Assembly: GCA_977018835.1 (NCBI GenBank)
Contig: OZ361258.1
Coordinates: 4,340,001 to 4,404,000, forward strand
Length of the DNA: 64,000 nucleotides
Direction: 5' to 3'
From: Minutocellus sp. GHC0000111
Taxonomy: Eukaryota
The notes under the pieces are model-generated. The model did not search any database. It was not told the DNA's origin and saw only the letters and a program-made list of their open reading frames with translations. A program made the position numbers and the translations under genes. Below, piece by piece: positions 49,477 through 60,566 of this stretch (position 1 is the stretch's first letter; the number at the start of each line of letters is the position of its first letter).

Positions 49477-50799
49477 ATGAACGTCGGCGGCGGTGGGACT
49501 GGTGGCTCGCCGTGGCCTGGATCGCCAGTAGGCGGCAGCCCGTATCCCTACGCCGGCAATAACGCCGGCATGTTCCCACCTGCGGGAGGCAATGCGCAGC
49601 GCGTCACTCTGGGAGCCATGGTGGCCGAAATGGGAATCACCCTCAAACGCATCATGCGCGGGGAGGAACCCACCGTCCAACGGCTCGACGACAAGATCCG
49701 CCACAGTTCCATCCTCATCAGCGAGCTGGCGGCCAACTACGTCAGCTTTGGGGAGAACAAGTACGTCCGCAAGGTGATGCAGGAGCAGGGCATGTCGCCC
49801 TACGGTGGTGGGGGCGTTGATCCGGCGGTCCTGGAGGAAAACTTGGGTGAGGAATATCAGGCATACATGGACCAGGCATTCAAATTAGAAGTCATGACCG
49901 TGTATATGCCACTAGGAACGTTCTTTACTTCGGCGGTTGGCGGTTTTCTTGGGCTGATGAAGCTAGCAGGCAACAACTCTAATAGTGGTGTTCTGGTGAG
50001 ATCAGCAAAAGCAGCCGGTTGTCTCGGTGGTGGCATTGTTTTGGGACTAGGCATGTACGACTTGGTGGCATCGAAGATGGAAGACAAGGCGGATGTTATG
50101 CGGACGGAATCTCCGCTGCTTCCGGGCAAGGTCCCTGTGGCGACTTGTTATGTGAAGGATACATGAATATCTATGGTCTCGCTGGCCAAGACTTTTGGAA
50201 GAATTACAAAAGAGTCCTTGACAACGAGAACAGTTCTTATGAAGAAAAGGATTTGCTAATTGATCTGAGGAATATCGAGGCAACGGTTCTGAATTGTGCT
50301 CGCCGAGATGCCTTTGACAAATCTCGGAAGCGAGGGTTTTCGTCCGGCGGTGGGTTGCGAGGTGGATCAGGACGAAGTGATAGGAGTAGCAGAAATGTTG
50401 GTATGGGAAAGAGCATTGTGATTCCCGAGCCAGGTGTTCCAAATGACTATCCCGTCAACAAGTATTCCATAGGTATCGGAGGAGTGGTTGGAATCCTTTG
50501 CTACGGCTATGGATCAAGATGAACAGTTTGGCCAGATGGTTGGACTACGGACGGAAAACAATAACATGGCGGCAGCCAATCCGATGCATCAACAACAAGA
50601 TCCGTATGCCGGAGGTGGAGGAGGAATGTGGGGTCAACCTCAGCCGCCGCCACAACATCAACCTTGGGGCATTCCAGGTGGCATCAATGCCAACAACGGC
50701 AAGATCGAGACTGCATCGGATGTGTTTCGAAAAGAGCGAGAAGCCAGTGGTGGTGCTGTTGAAGGAGATGGTGATGATTTTGTTGATGATGAACGATAA
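49477..50799 (+). pseudogene. Hypothetical two-TM protein split by two frameshifts
   Basis: Three consecutive overlapping ORFs (49477-50166, 50019-50522, 50488-50799). They read coherently with shifts at ~50130 (SPLLPGK/DLLCEG) and ~50470 (SEEWLESFA). Confidence 0.6.
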
Positions 50800-52558
50800 G
50801 AGGAGAAGGTGCTGCCATTTGAATTCTTAGATTCGAATAGACCGGTTACAGCATGCTAGCTACTGAATTGTACATGTCTTCATTACGATTATCTGCCAAG
50901 CCCTTTTGCTGGTTTGGTTTGGTTTTTTGGCTCTTCGAAGGTCTTCGAGTTTCCAAATTGGCTCGATGCCGGGCCCTTAATAATTTTTTAGCTAGCTAGC
51001 TATGCTTGAAAAAATAGGGGTGGGTGTGGGAGGGGTAGTTGTTGACCTGAAACAGGTCATTAGGGTTAGTCATTTTGAAGCACTACCAATTTTTGTATGA
51101 AAAATTGGCGAGGCAGGCTCGTTTACGTAGAATGCGTAGAACTGGTACTAATTTGGCTGACCAACTCTGGACACACACGCAAAATTTGCATCGGGCGTGG
51201 CCAGCGCGACTTTGCAAAAATGGCAGCTTGAGAGGAAAAAGACTCTGCCTTTTTTTGGGGTTTCTTTTTCGTTTTTATTCGCATGGATAAAGTTTATGTT
51301 GCGCGCGGTGCTCAGAACATGTCCATCCATGAATATTTTTATGTTCGGGAAAAGGACGAATGACTTTGCACACAGCTATCGCAATGGTTACGGGTGAAGA
51401 TGAAAGTTGCACTGGTGACAGTTGAGCCCATGGTTGTCATAATGCCGCTCTGCAAGTGCCAGCCCTAACAGAAAAATGAAAAGACACGGGTTGCTGAAGA
51501 TGTGCTATTTTTGCGTTATGTTCGGATTCCGGTCCAAATTATTGCAAAAAAGTTCGAAAGGAATAGTTTTTGGATGGAAACATGTTGTGCTGCTCCGGAC
51601 ATTGCAGAAACCCGCTTGTCGCGCCCAAAAATGCGTAACCCTTATAGAGGGGCTAAGTTATTTTGGATGACCCGAATCCCAAAGTGGTTTCCAAGCCAGC
51701 ATCGCCGCTGTTTTTAGGAAATTAGAAAATTTATTTAGCTGCTTACGGCTAATTTGGATCAATTTTTCGAGCAAGCACGGCCTTGATTCGAGCAAGCACG
51801 GTTTCGGATGTCTTACACATCCTTTCAAAACAAAAAACACCATGTTTTTCCTCTTCAGTACAAAAATTAGCGATTTTTGAATTGTGTTGTTAGCACAGAA
51901 GTTATTGAGCGGAAGTTACCATTGTTTTGCTCTGTGCCATCATCGCCTTTAGAGTGATTATGGCGGCAACATGCCCTTCCAAACACCCCAAAGAGATTTG
52001 TCCGTAACAAACTCAACAACAGGATTAGGCCTGTCGGGTTCTTCGACCGAGCTCGCCGCGTCCAACAACTCCTTCATGAACGACATTGTGTACGGAAACG
52101 AAAGAGTTGATCCACTTGCACTATTGCTGTATCGAGACGAAGACACTCTTGTGGCCACTGACACAAGGAAGCATTTTCTGGATCCAACTTTAAAAAGTTA
52201 ATGAACTGGTACATCATGTGTCCGAAACAATTAAGCAACATTCCCTCGTTTTGAAGTTCATCGTCGCTGTCTTGAACAAGTGATGCAACATCATCCGATC
52301 TCAGAATTCTGTCTATGTGTTGACTGCGAATGCCACTGCCGTTCTCCAACAGAAGCGACCCTCTCCATCTCCATGCTGGAGAGAATCGGTGAGAAAATCC
52401 AAGTAATCCTGGTCGTCTTCCACGTAGTCAGGACTGTCTCTGCTGGCATGAAGGCCCTCTTCCAGTCCACACACGTTCACCACGCACAAAATTTTTGAAC
52501 CAAGAACACGCTTCGCCCGAAGCGTCGCCTCCCTTTTGAAACAGTCATGTTTGTGCGA

Positions 52559-52699
52559 CCTTCTTGATCGACAACTGATGCAAATTGCAGGTAATTCTCG
52601 GTCCAAGCCGATCGCGGACCTCGGAATACACCCTTCTTGATCCGCAACTGATGCGAATTGCAGGTAATTCTCGGTCTAAGCCGATCGTGGACCTCGGAA
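52559..52699. repeat. Tandem duplication, 73-bp period x2
   Basis: 'ccttcttgatc..caactgatgc.aattgcaggtaattctcggtc.aagccgatcg.ggacctcggaa' at 52559-52626 and 52632-52699. Confidence 0.92.
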
Positions 52700-53017
52700 C
52701 TTGGACTGATGTGATCGCCAAACTGCACGAACAACGGACTGATCACATAGCCTGATGAAGGTCAGACCATGCACGTTCGTAAGACAAGGAGAAAGGAAAA
52801 GGAAGAAAAGGAGGAAAAGGGGGAGTCGATTTCGCTTTGCTTCGCGTCATCGAGCCACCGCTACTAGTAGGACCAATGATGATGCGTTGCGTCATATTGT
52901 TCCCGACTTTCTGCCAAGTCGCAAGATAAGATACGACGACACAAGATGTGTTCATAAAACACAGCCATGTTCGAAGATGGACGGAACCAACGGCAGTAAC
53001 CAATCATAGGCACAAAC

Positions 53018-54757
53018 ATGATCCAAACCGGCCCTTTCGCCGACTCGGCAGCGGTAGCAGCAGCCGCCGCAGCGGCCGCCCAGAGAACACAGCCGTCATC
53101 CTCCTCTTCACAATCAGCTCCAGGTGGCGTCTTGCCCCCGCCAAATACTCGCAACAGTGCCCTCTCCGTCCCGCCCAGTACGCCCTTATCTCCTCCGCCC
53201 ATTCTGCAATCTCGCGGGCTGTCGCCAGATGATCTTCTGAGTGCCACTGGCGGTGCTGGTGACCCAAACGACAGCTCCAGCACCCTCGGCACGGCCAACC
53301 TGAGCGCCGTGCAGCAGCCGGTCCTGAGCCTGACCGGCGTCACCTTTGGCGGTGGGTCGCATCGGGTGGTCCAGCCGCGGCAGCTCCCGATGGGGGGACC
53401 GAACGGCAGCCCACTGGGCAGCTCGCCAGAGTCGGTGGGTGCCGGGCAGGGAGGCGGGTGGAGGCAGATGCAAAGGCAGGAGCACGACTATCAGTTCGGT
53501 CCCAGAGGTACCATGAACACCAATCCGAGTGCACCGCCGTCGAAACGTCGGCGGACCATGATGGAGGCCTTTGGGGACATGTCGTTGAGTCGGCGCAGGG
53601 GCATGGCGGGGTTGGATTTGGCCACGTCGCCAGGCGGTGCTGTTGACGGTACTAGTAGTGGTGGTAGTAGGCCTGGTCTGGGCGATGGAGCGACAATGGC
53701 CACCAGCACCCGAAGCTTGGGCGACTTTGCCTTCAATGCCGGCTTCAATACTGCTACCAACCGCCCCTCCCGACCATCGCCGATAGCAGGCTTGACGGGC
53801 GTCGGACCGATGCAGCACATTGGATTTTCCTCAGTGGCGTCGCATTCGTCTCCTGGGCAGATGCGCCGTTCGGTCGGGACCAGCACCGGTAGCAGCAGTG
53901 GCAACGGTGCCACACCGTCCGAGGAGACGATCGAGGACGATACCGAGGATCCACTCGACGCTACGCCTTATAACAACAACATTGCCGCGCCGATGGCTCT
54001 CCCTCCCAAACCCGATTCCAACGTCATCCGAATAACGTCGTCGGACATGGAATCGGCGAGCGAAACAGCCAGCGAGATGGACGAGGGCGTTCTGGACGGA
54101 TTCCCACCTCTTGCTGTTGCATCTTCGACGACCGACAGACCTAAGAATCCGGTCGATGCCAAGATTGAGGAACTCATTCGGAGAGATCGGATGAGGGCAA
54201 TGATCCAGGCCAAGCTGGAGGCGGAGGGTAAGAAGCCGAGCAATGGATCGTCACAGGAAAGAAAAACGAGGGATGACTTTGACTATCAGGGTACCTTCAC
54301 CACGGCTGGGTCGACCACATGGCGCAAACCAGATGCGGTGATGGGAAACATGCCCGTTGCAGCTTCAGCTACGCAAGTGGGTGCGGATGCATCGATGACG
54401 CCAATATCGATCCCCGCTGCCATACCCCCACATCATCCGGCACCGACAGCCGGCTCAGTGTTGCCATCAGCAGCTGCGTCTGCTGCAGCTATTGCAGCTT
54501 CCGCTGCCATGCCACCGCCTGCACCTGTCGCTGCTACTATTTCCAATCCAAATGGAGGCAACGGAAAGGTCGCCCCGGGCATGCTGCGCGGTCGATCGAC
54601 TGAGAGACGATCATCCCGTGGATCACGCTCCAGGTCGCTGCCCCGACAATACATGAAGATGGCACCGCAGCCGAGTAAGAGCAGGGATGTTTCCATGGCC
54701 TCGGCATCCTCGGCAGCAACAAGTGGCGGTGGTGACACGTCGGATATGGATTTGTGA
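53018..54757 (+). CDS. Low-complexity (S/A/G/P-rich) hypothetical protein with NLS-like PPSKRRR
   Basis: Uninterrupted 579-aa ORF with a short ordered segment 'NPVDAKIEELIRRDRMRAM'. Confidence 0.7.
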   Translation: MIQTGPFADSAAVAAAAAAAAQRTQPSSSSSQSAPGGVLPPPNTRNSALSVPPSTPLSPPPILQSRGLSPDDLLSATGGAGDPNDSSSTLGTANLSAVQQPVLSLTGVTFGGGSHRVVQPRQLPMGGPNGSPLGSSPESVGAGQGGGWRQMQRQEHDYQFGPRGTMNTNPSAPPSKRRRTMMEAFGDMSLSRRRGMAGLDLATSPGGAVDGTSSGGSRPGLGDGATMATSTRSLGDFAFNAGFNTATNRPSRPSPIAGLTGVGPMQHIGFSSVASHSSPGQMRRSVGTSTGSSSGNGATPSEETIEDDTEDPLDATPYNNNIAAPMALPPKPDSNVIRITSSDMESASETASEMDEGVLDGFPPLAVASSTTDRPKNPVDAKIEELIRRDRMRAMIQAKLEAEGKKPSNGSSQERKTRDDFDYQGTFTTAGSTTWRKPDAVMGNMPVAASATQVGADASMTPISIPAAIPPHHPAPTAGSVLPSAAASAAAIAASAAMPPPAPVAATISNPNGGNGKVAPGMLRGRSTERRSSRGSRSRSLPRQYMKMAPQPSKSRDVSMASASSAATSGGGDTSDMDL

Positions 54758-54927
54758 ATCTAATAATCTACAATAGGTGACTAACTCTAGCTACGAGGAA
54801 TTCCTAGTGCCGCGTATCCGCCTGTGGGCCGTACAACTTGAGTTTGTTTGGCTCGCTTCCTACGATTCTAAAATATTTTTTGTGATGATGCATTTCCTAT
54901 GCCATGATGCCACAGTAATTATCAACC

Positions 54928-55486
54928 CTAAGGGGAGTCTGCTTCCACAACAGACACCTTTACCAATTGTCCCTCGTTATCAAATCCTAACAGTTCTACC
55001 TTGTTCCTTGGCTTATCGGCGTCAATGGACTTCCAAACTTGTTCCTTCCCATCTTCATCTGTCCATTTCTTCACAAAGGGATATTGGACAACTCTCGGTC
55101 CAACTACGCTGGGTTCGTCCATCAATTCGTGGTAAAGATTCCTATGCTTCTCAAAGAACTTTATGAAACCCGGCCGAACATCCTCGCCCGTGAGACCATA
55201 CAAATCGACCGAATTGGAGCACATATCGAAGACACCATCGAGGGAGGACTCGCCACTGCCAGCAGCATTCTTGTTGTCTATAAAATCCTTTGCCAGTTCG
55301 ACCAATTTGGAATTGGCCAATGACCCCTCGCCATCATTGTTGACCGAAGCTGCTCTCCTCAGCGATTCGGTGCCAATGATGGTGGTGTCACTTGTTGCTC
55401 TCTGGAGCATTGCTACATTCGGCGGCACATAACGCGCTGGTTGGAAGGCGAGCTGCCCGAAATGGCAGCAAGAACGAAACCACCAT
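54928..55486 (-). CDS. Hypothetical protein (possible NTF2/SnoaL-like fold); targeting peptide may be frameshifted
   Basis: Globular 166-aa ORF. An upstream in-frame 'AFQPA' is present, but the hydrophobic leader (MVVSFLLPF) is in another frame. Confidence 0.5.
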
Positions 55487-55782
55487 TATGGACACGAATA
55501 AACACTCGGGTCTTCGCCGCTGCATCGTATCAGCGCCTTGTCCAATCTGCCACGACCGTGATAGTGAGATGCGAGTAGATGCGAGCTCGAACTCGTCTCG
55601 TCTACTCGTTGGTATTACGATTATTCGTCCACAACTACGATGTACTCCTTAATTTCAGAGTTTAGGCTATATACTGTGGGAAATTCGATTGAGGAATGTC
55701 ACATCGCCAGTCAAAGATTTGCCCATGAGGCGGCAGATACCAAAGATACGCGATCATAGCCACCACCATAACACGAATCACC

Positions 55783-56559
55783 ATGCCAACCTTTGTTATC
55801 ACAGGTTGCTCCAGCGGCATCGGTCTTGACCTCGTCAAAACATTGGCCAACCGAGGTGACAAAGTTTTCGCCCTGGTGCGGCAGAGAGCTGGCTCGCAAT
55901 CCGGAACCGATGAGCTGAGTCAGGTGGATGGTGATGTTCACATCATCGAAGGGTTAGACGTTGCAAGCGATGATATCGGCGCGGCCTTGGCTGCATCGCC
56001 CCTGGCGAACGTTCCTATCGACTGCCTGATCAATAATGCTGGAATATCGGGCGATGATCTGATGACCGCCCAAAGCCTTGACAAGATCGACATGGACAAC
56101 ATGAGAAAGACATTCGAGGTCAACACGCTGGGCCCACTTCGGGTCACCAAAGCCCTCAAGGATCAGCTGGTTTCCCCTGGCGGCAAGGTGGTGATCATCA
56201 GCAATGGCATCGGCAGCATTGCCGACAACACCTCCGGCGGCATGTATGCGTACCGTGCTTCCAAGGCGGCTGCCAACATGGTCAGCAAGAGCCTTGCCAT
56301 GGATTTGAAGAAGAATGACAAGGGAATATCAGTGGCGGCCATTGCACCTGGCTTTGTAGCAACCAACTTTGCCGGTAGTGTGGAAAAGATGGAGTCCTTC
56401 GGGGCCAAGCCTGTTCGTCAGGCTACCAAGGGTATTCTTGAGTGCATTGATAGCATGACGGTGGAAAATACTGGTCGCTTTATCATGGTACCATCTGACG
56501 GTGGGGCACAAAAAGGTAGTACGACAGTGGTTTTCGCCAAATTCTTTTTGTTGATTTAG
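55783..56559 (+). CDS. Short-chain dehydrogenase/reductase (CsgA/C-factor-like)
   Basis: TGCSSGIG, LINNAGI, YAYRASKAA and APGFVAT. Confidence 0.9.
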   Translation: MPTFVITGCSSGIGLDLVKTLANRGDKVFALVRQRAGSQSGTDELSQVDGDVHIIEGLDVASDDIGAALAASPLANVPIDCLINNAGISGDDLMTAQSLDKIDMDNMRKTFEVNTLGPLRVTKALKDQLVSPGGKVVIISNGIGSIADNTSGGMYAYRASKAAANMVSKSLAMDLKKNDKGISVAAIAPGFVATNFAGSVEKMESFGAKPVRQATKGILECIDSMTVENTGRFIMVPSDGGAQKGSTTVVFAKFFLLI

Positions 56560-56667
56560 TTGAGGTAAATTTGTATAGATATGCACTTATGCAGTAAGAT
56601 ATTTTGGAGATCTGAGACATGACCAAGAAGCAGCATAGCTAGCTAGTGAGAACCGTGGTACAGTAGA

Positions 56668-58378
56668 TCAAAACCCTCGAGACTTCAAAATCTCGTCGCA
56701 ACGAGAGAGCAACCATATGATTGTGGGAACCGATTTGTTGTAGGACGTCTTGTTGAATGTTCGGGCGCATGCCTCCTCATCTTCCTTCTCCACCGGCTCC
56801 GAAAACCGATCCCATGTGTATGCAATCATGAGGTGGCAAATATCAAGAACACCAATCTCATATTGATCGATGAAAGTATTGTAGCTGAAACTCCGGCTGG
56901 CACCATTGGCCGTTTTGAACGCCCTGTACTCAACAAGATACCGTTGCAGCTCGACATAGTAATGCTGCAGTAATCTTTCTTCGCCGCCGTCGACTAACAA
57001 GTCAGCATGAACGGCAGATGTCATGAAATGGGCGATGTCAGTAGCTGCCAGTCCGAAGCCGGACCATTGAAAATCAACGAGGCCAACTTCTAGATCAGAA
57101 TGTGCCTTTCGAAACAGTAAATTTGCTGCTTTGGGGTCACCGTGACAAAATGTGCGATACTTTTGGTACTTTGCTGATAAAGTTTCGTCTGCGAAAGGAT
57201 GTGCAAGATGGCCACATCCTTCTGCCACCGATTCTAGCCGCTCTCCCAAGTCGTCCCACCAAGCAAAACCATGCAACTCCTTCTCGAATCGTTGCTTCTT
57301 CTTGGCCCATTCCTCAGCAACAATCCTGCACTGGTTCCAGTTCTGGGCTTCTGGTTGAACGTAGCTGCCCGATTCCCATACGCTTTCTTCAAATTCTTCG
57401 GCAGCATTGGCATCGTCCCAAAAAGATGATCCAGTCCAGAAGTAGGCGTGGATCTTCGCGAATGACGAAAGTGCGGCTTTGCAGTCCTCGAGATCACATA
57501 ACAGCCATTGCTGGTACCATCCCTTGGCTGGTGACAAATCTTCTAGCAAAAAGCTAAACTTGGATAACATTGGCTGAAATTGAGAACCAGAGCAAGTAGG
57601 GCATAAGTGATGATGAACAAGTGAGCAATTGGCAAGGGGTTGTAAAGTCAATGTGACGATTCGGTCACCTACTTGCTAGAGAAAAATAATGACTCACGTT
57701 CGCATCATTGGGCTCGAGTTGGGCATCGTAGCATTTGGGAATGCGAACACCGGTTGCCTTTACAAGATCATCGCATCCCTTTGAAAGAAGAAAAGAACCA
57801 ACGACGTGATAGGACTTGGCATCCCGGACCAACTTGTGCGGTGCATCTCGAAGCTTTTCTTGCGCATGTTCCAAATCTTCGAATGCGATCCGTTTGTAAA
57901 ATGCCGTCTCGCCGCCAGGAAAGAGATGGACGCGACCGCCGTTGGACATTAGTCCATGAAAGGCATCTTTTTCGGGGCATATGTATCGATCAACGTGGCC
58001 GATTCCCATCTTTTGGGCAAAGTATTCGGGTGAGAGAGGGTTCCCATCAAGATCTCTACAAATGCAGCTGGATTGTTCCTCCAATGATAGGTCAGGATGA
58101 AGTTGCTCTTCTAGCAGCTCAATCTCAAGCTGAGCGTGTGAATTATCCCCGATGTAATCATCGGAAGGATCGAAATCATTGGTCGATGACCTGGTCGTGG
58201 CAATCCGTTCTGGTCCGGGTTCTGTTGTGATGACAAATTTGGCGTCGAAATCTTCAAGCGTGTCGAGATCAGATATGGTTGATTCGTGCAGACCAGCATG
58301 ATGTGGGTGTCGTTGGGCTGATCGGAGGACAAAGCCCGTCGTTGGTGCGGCAAGAAGGACCAGCGCGAGGGATCTCAT
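56668..58378 (-). CDS. EcKinase/choline-kinase-like phosphotransferase, probably plastid-targeted
   Basis: HGDPKAANL and VDFQWSG...ATD. Signal peptide + TTGFVL. Intron 57574-57697 joins in frame. Confidence 0.85.
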
Positions 58379-58801
58379 GATGATGCACAATAATTGCGAG
58401 GATCAATTTGCGGCGAGGATCGATCTTCAAAAATTTCCAACTTGACACCCGCCCCGCCCCCCCCCCCCAGATGTCGTGCGTCGCTTCCGCTTTTCTGTGT
58501 CAAGCAGCAAAAAACATTTCGGAGAAAGTTTTTCATATTTCAATAGTTTTGTTTTGAGAAAGGGGGAATGCCACATGAAATTGGGGGTATCAGAATAGGA
58601 GGGATAACTTGAAAATTTGTTAGTAATTTTGCAAAAAAAAAGGGGAAAATGGTCAAACTCCCCAAGAAACAGTTTTGGAAGTTGTGTGCAAATCAGATTT
58701 CTTTCCCGATTTTGCGCCATGCAAGCCTTCCGCCCTTCGTCCGTCATTTTCAAAATTCGTCCGTCATTTTCCCCTCGCCAACCGCCAACCATGTCAAGAC
58801 G

Positions 58802-60499
58802 ATGACGTCCCTCCCTCTCCCATCTCTACCGCCGCTGGTACCAAACATTTCAACGTTAGTCGCCGCCTACTTTACAGCCGAGTTTATCTTCTTTTTGACT
58901 TTTTATCTCTATCTCCTACCACGTGCCAATCGACGAAAATCACCACATTTCGTGGAAGAATATGCCGACTACGGAAAAGCACGATCGAAGCTATTGGTGC
59001 GCATCATCGATCGGATAGAGGAGCATTGTCAGCGTGAGGGTACCGAGGTGATACCGCGCGTCGAAGAATTCCTGGGCAACTGGTTCTGCGTCTGTGGAGA
59101 TGTGAAGAGTCTAGACAATAACACCTCTCTCCAGGGCGACACTGACACCACAAGCACAGAAGAGGTCGAAGACGAAGACGAGTGGCAGTCTATTGATAGG
59201 TTAGAAACCGACGGCCTGTTGTTGCCGAACGGCAATGCGGCAAAGAGTCGATCGAGTTCCTTTCTTCGGCGCGGCGACGTGGATATTTTCTTCGCGTGGG
59301 CATTCTTTGGCAAGCCTCTGGCATCGTTGCTGGATTGGGAACGAAGAGAGCTCTCTGACATGTATGCAGTGATAGAAAAGAGAGTTGGCTTGAGGTTCGA
59401 CCGGCCAGGAACAACACCAGGAATCAAGCCAATGCGACTTACATTAGATGATATCCGAGCGACATATCGTCCACTGGCTGTTTATGGAATGTTTTGTGGC
59501 CTCGGCATCATCGCTAGAATCACGCTTCGGCATTGTGGGTTTCGACATTTCACATCGAAATCGGGCCAAACATACTGGCACAGACCAGCATTGGATGGAA
59601 ACGATAAAGACATTCCCCTTCTATTCAACCATGGAATAGCGCCGGGTGGGTTGGCGCTGTATCTTCCTATGATAATGTTTGGTTGGGGCCCGCTTGGGAA
59701 AGGAAATGCTGATCGAACTTTGCAATCACCCTATCACTTTCAGGCCTTGCTTCGAGAACGTCAACGAAGACGCCTATATCGCCGGTGTTTGCGAAGCAAT
59801 CGATACGCACCTTGACAAAACTGAAGTGGGACAGGGTGGGCTTGCGATTATGGGCCACTCCTTTGGAAGTTGTAACGTGACATGGGCAATGCGGTGCCCC
59901 GAAATTCGAATGCGTGCTCGACAAATTTACCTAATCGATCCAGTTTCCGTAATGCTGTCAGAACCTGACGTGATGACAAACTTCTTGTATGCAGGCAGAG
60001 ATACCTCGAATGTATCATTTGTGGACGCACTGCGCCCGATCGTGCTCTTTCCTTTTTATTATGTGATGGACTTGCTTCGGCCAGCCCACAAGTCAAGGGT
60101 GGCCAAATCCAAACATAGCTCCGAACTTTTTGAACATATTCATCTTACTCGGCTGGCAGGGAACCAAAGAGTAGTGGTAGCTACAATAAGATCATCATGG
60201 TGCAGTCGGAACTTTGGATTGAGCACTACTTGCGACGAAATTTCTCGTGGTATAATTCAGAGCTTTGGCTTGACGATCTGGATAGGTTGCATCCAGATAC
60301 CAAAATTGTTATTGCCATTGCCGAGAAAGATGAAATACTTTCTGCAAGCAAGGTACTTGCGGAAGCGGAGCGATATCGGGCCAAGAACAAAAACCTTAAG
60401 ATTATTCATTGGGCTAATGCGGGACATGCGTACGCTGTTCCTCGGCCGTGGACATGGAAACAGCTTCGGGCTGCAATTGAAGGAGCATATTTTTTATAA
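58802..60499 (+). pseudogene. Alpha/beta-hydrolase membrane protein; one frame break
   Basis: FNHGIAPGG, GHSFG nucleophile motif, IDPV and HAY. Frame break at ~59680-59710. The second break is resolved by a probable 68-bp intron at 60092-60159. Confidence 0.7.
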
Positions 60500-60566
60500 A
60501 ATTTACATCTTAATTATGATTTATAATCTCTTCTTCTAAAGTCACTTGTGACAAACTCAATATGTT

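Noticed and set aside
51060..51069. TTAGGGTTAG telomere-like motif
   Set aside because: Fewer than two full units; not distinguishable from chance.
60092..60159. Apparent second frameshift in the alpha/beta-hydrolase
   Set aside because: A phase-compatible 68-bp GT-AG intron explains it.
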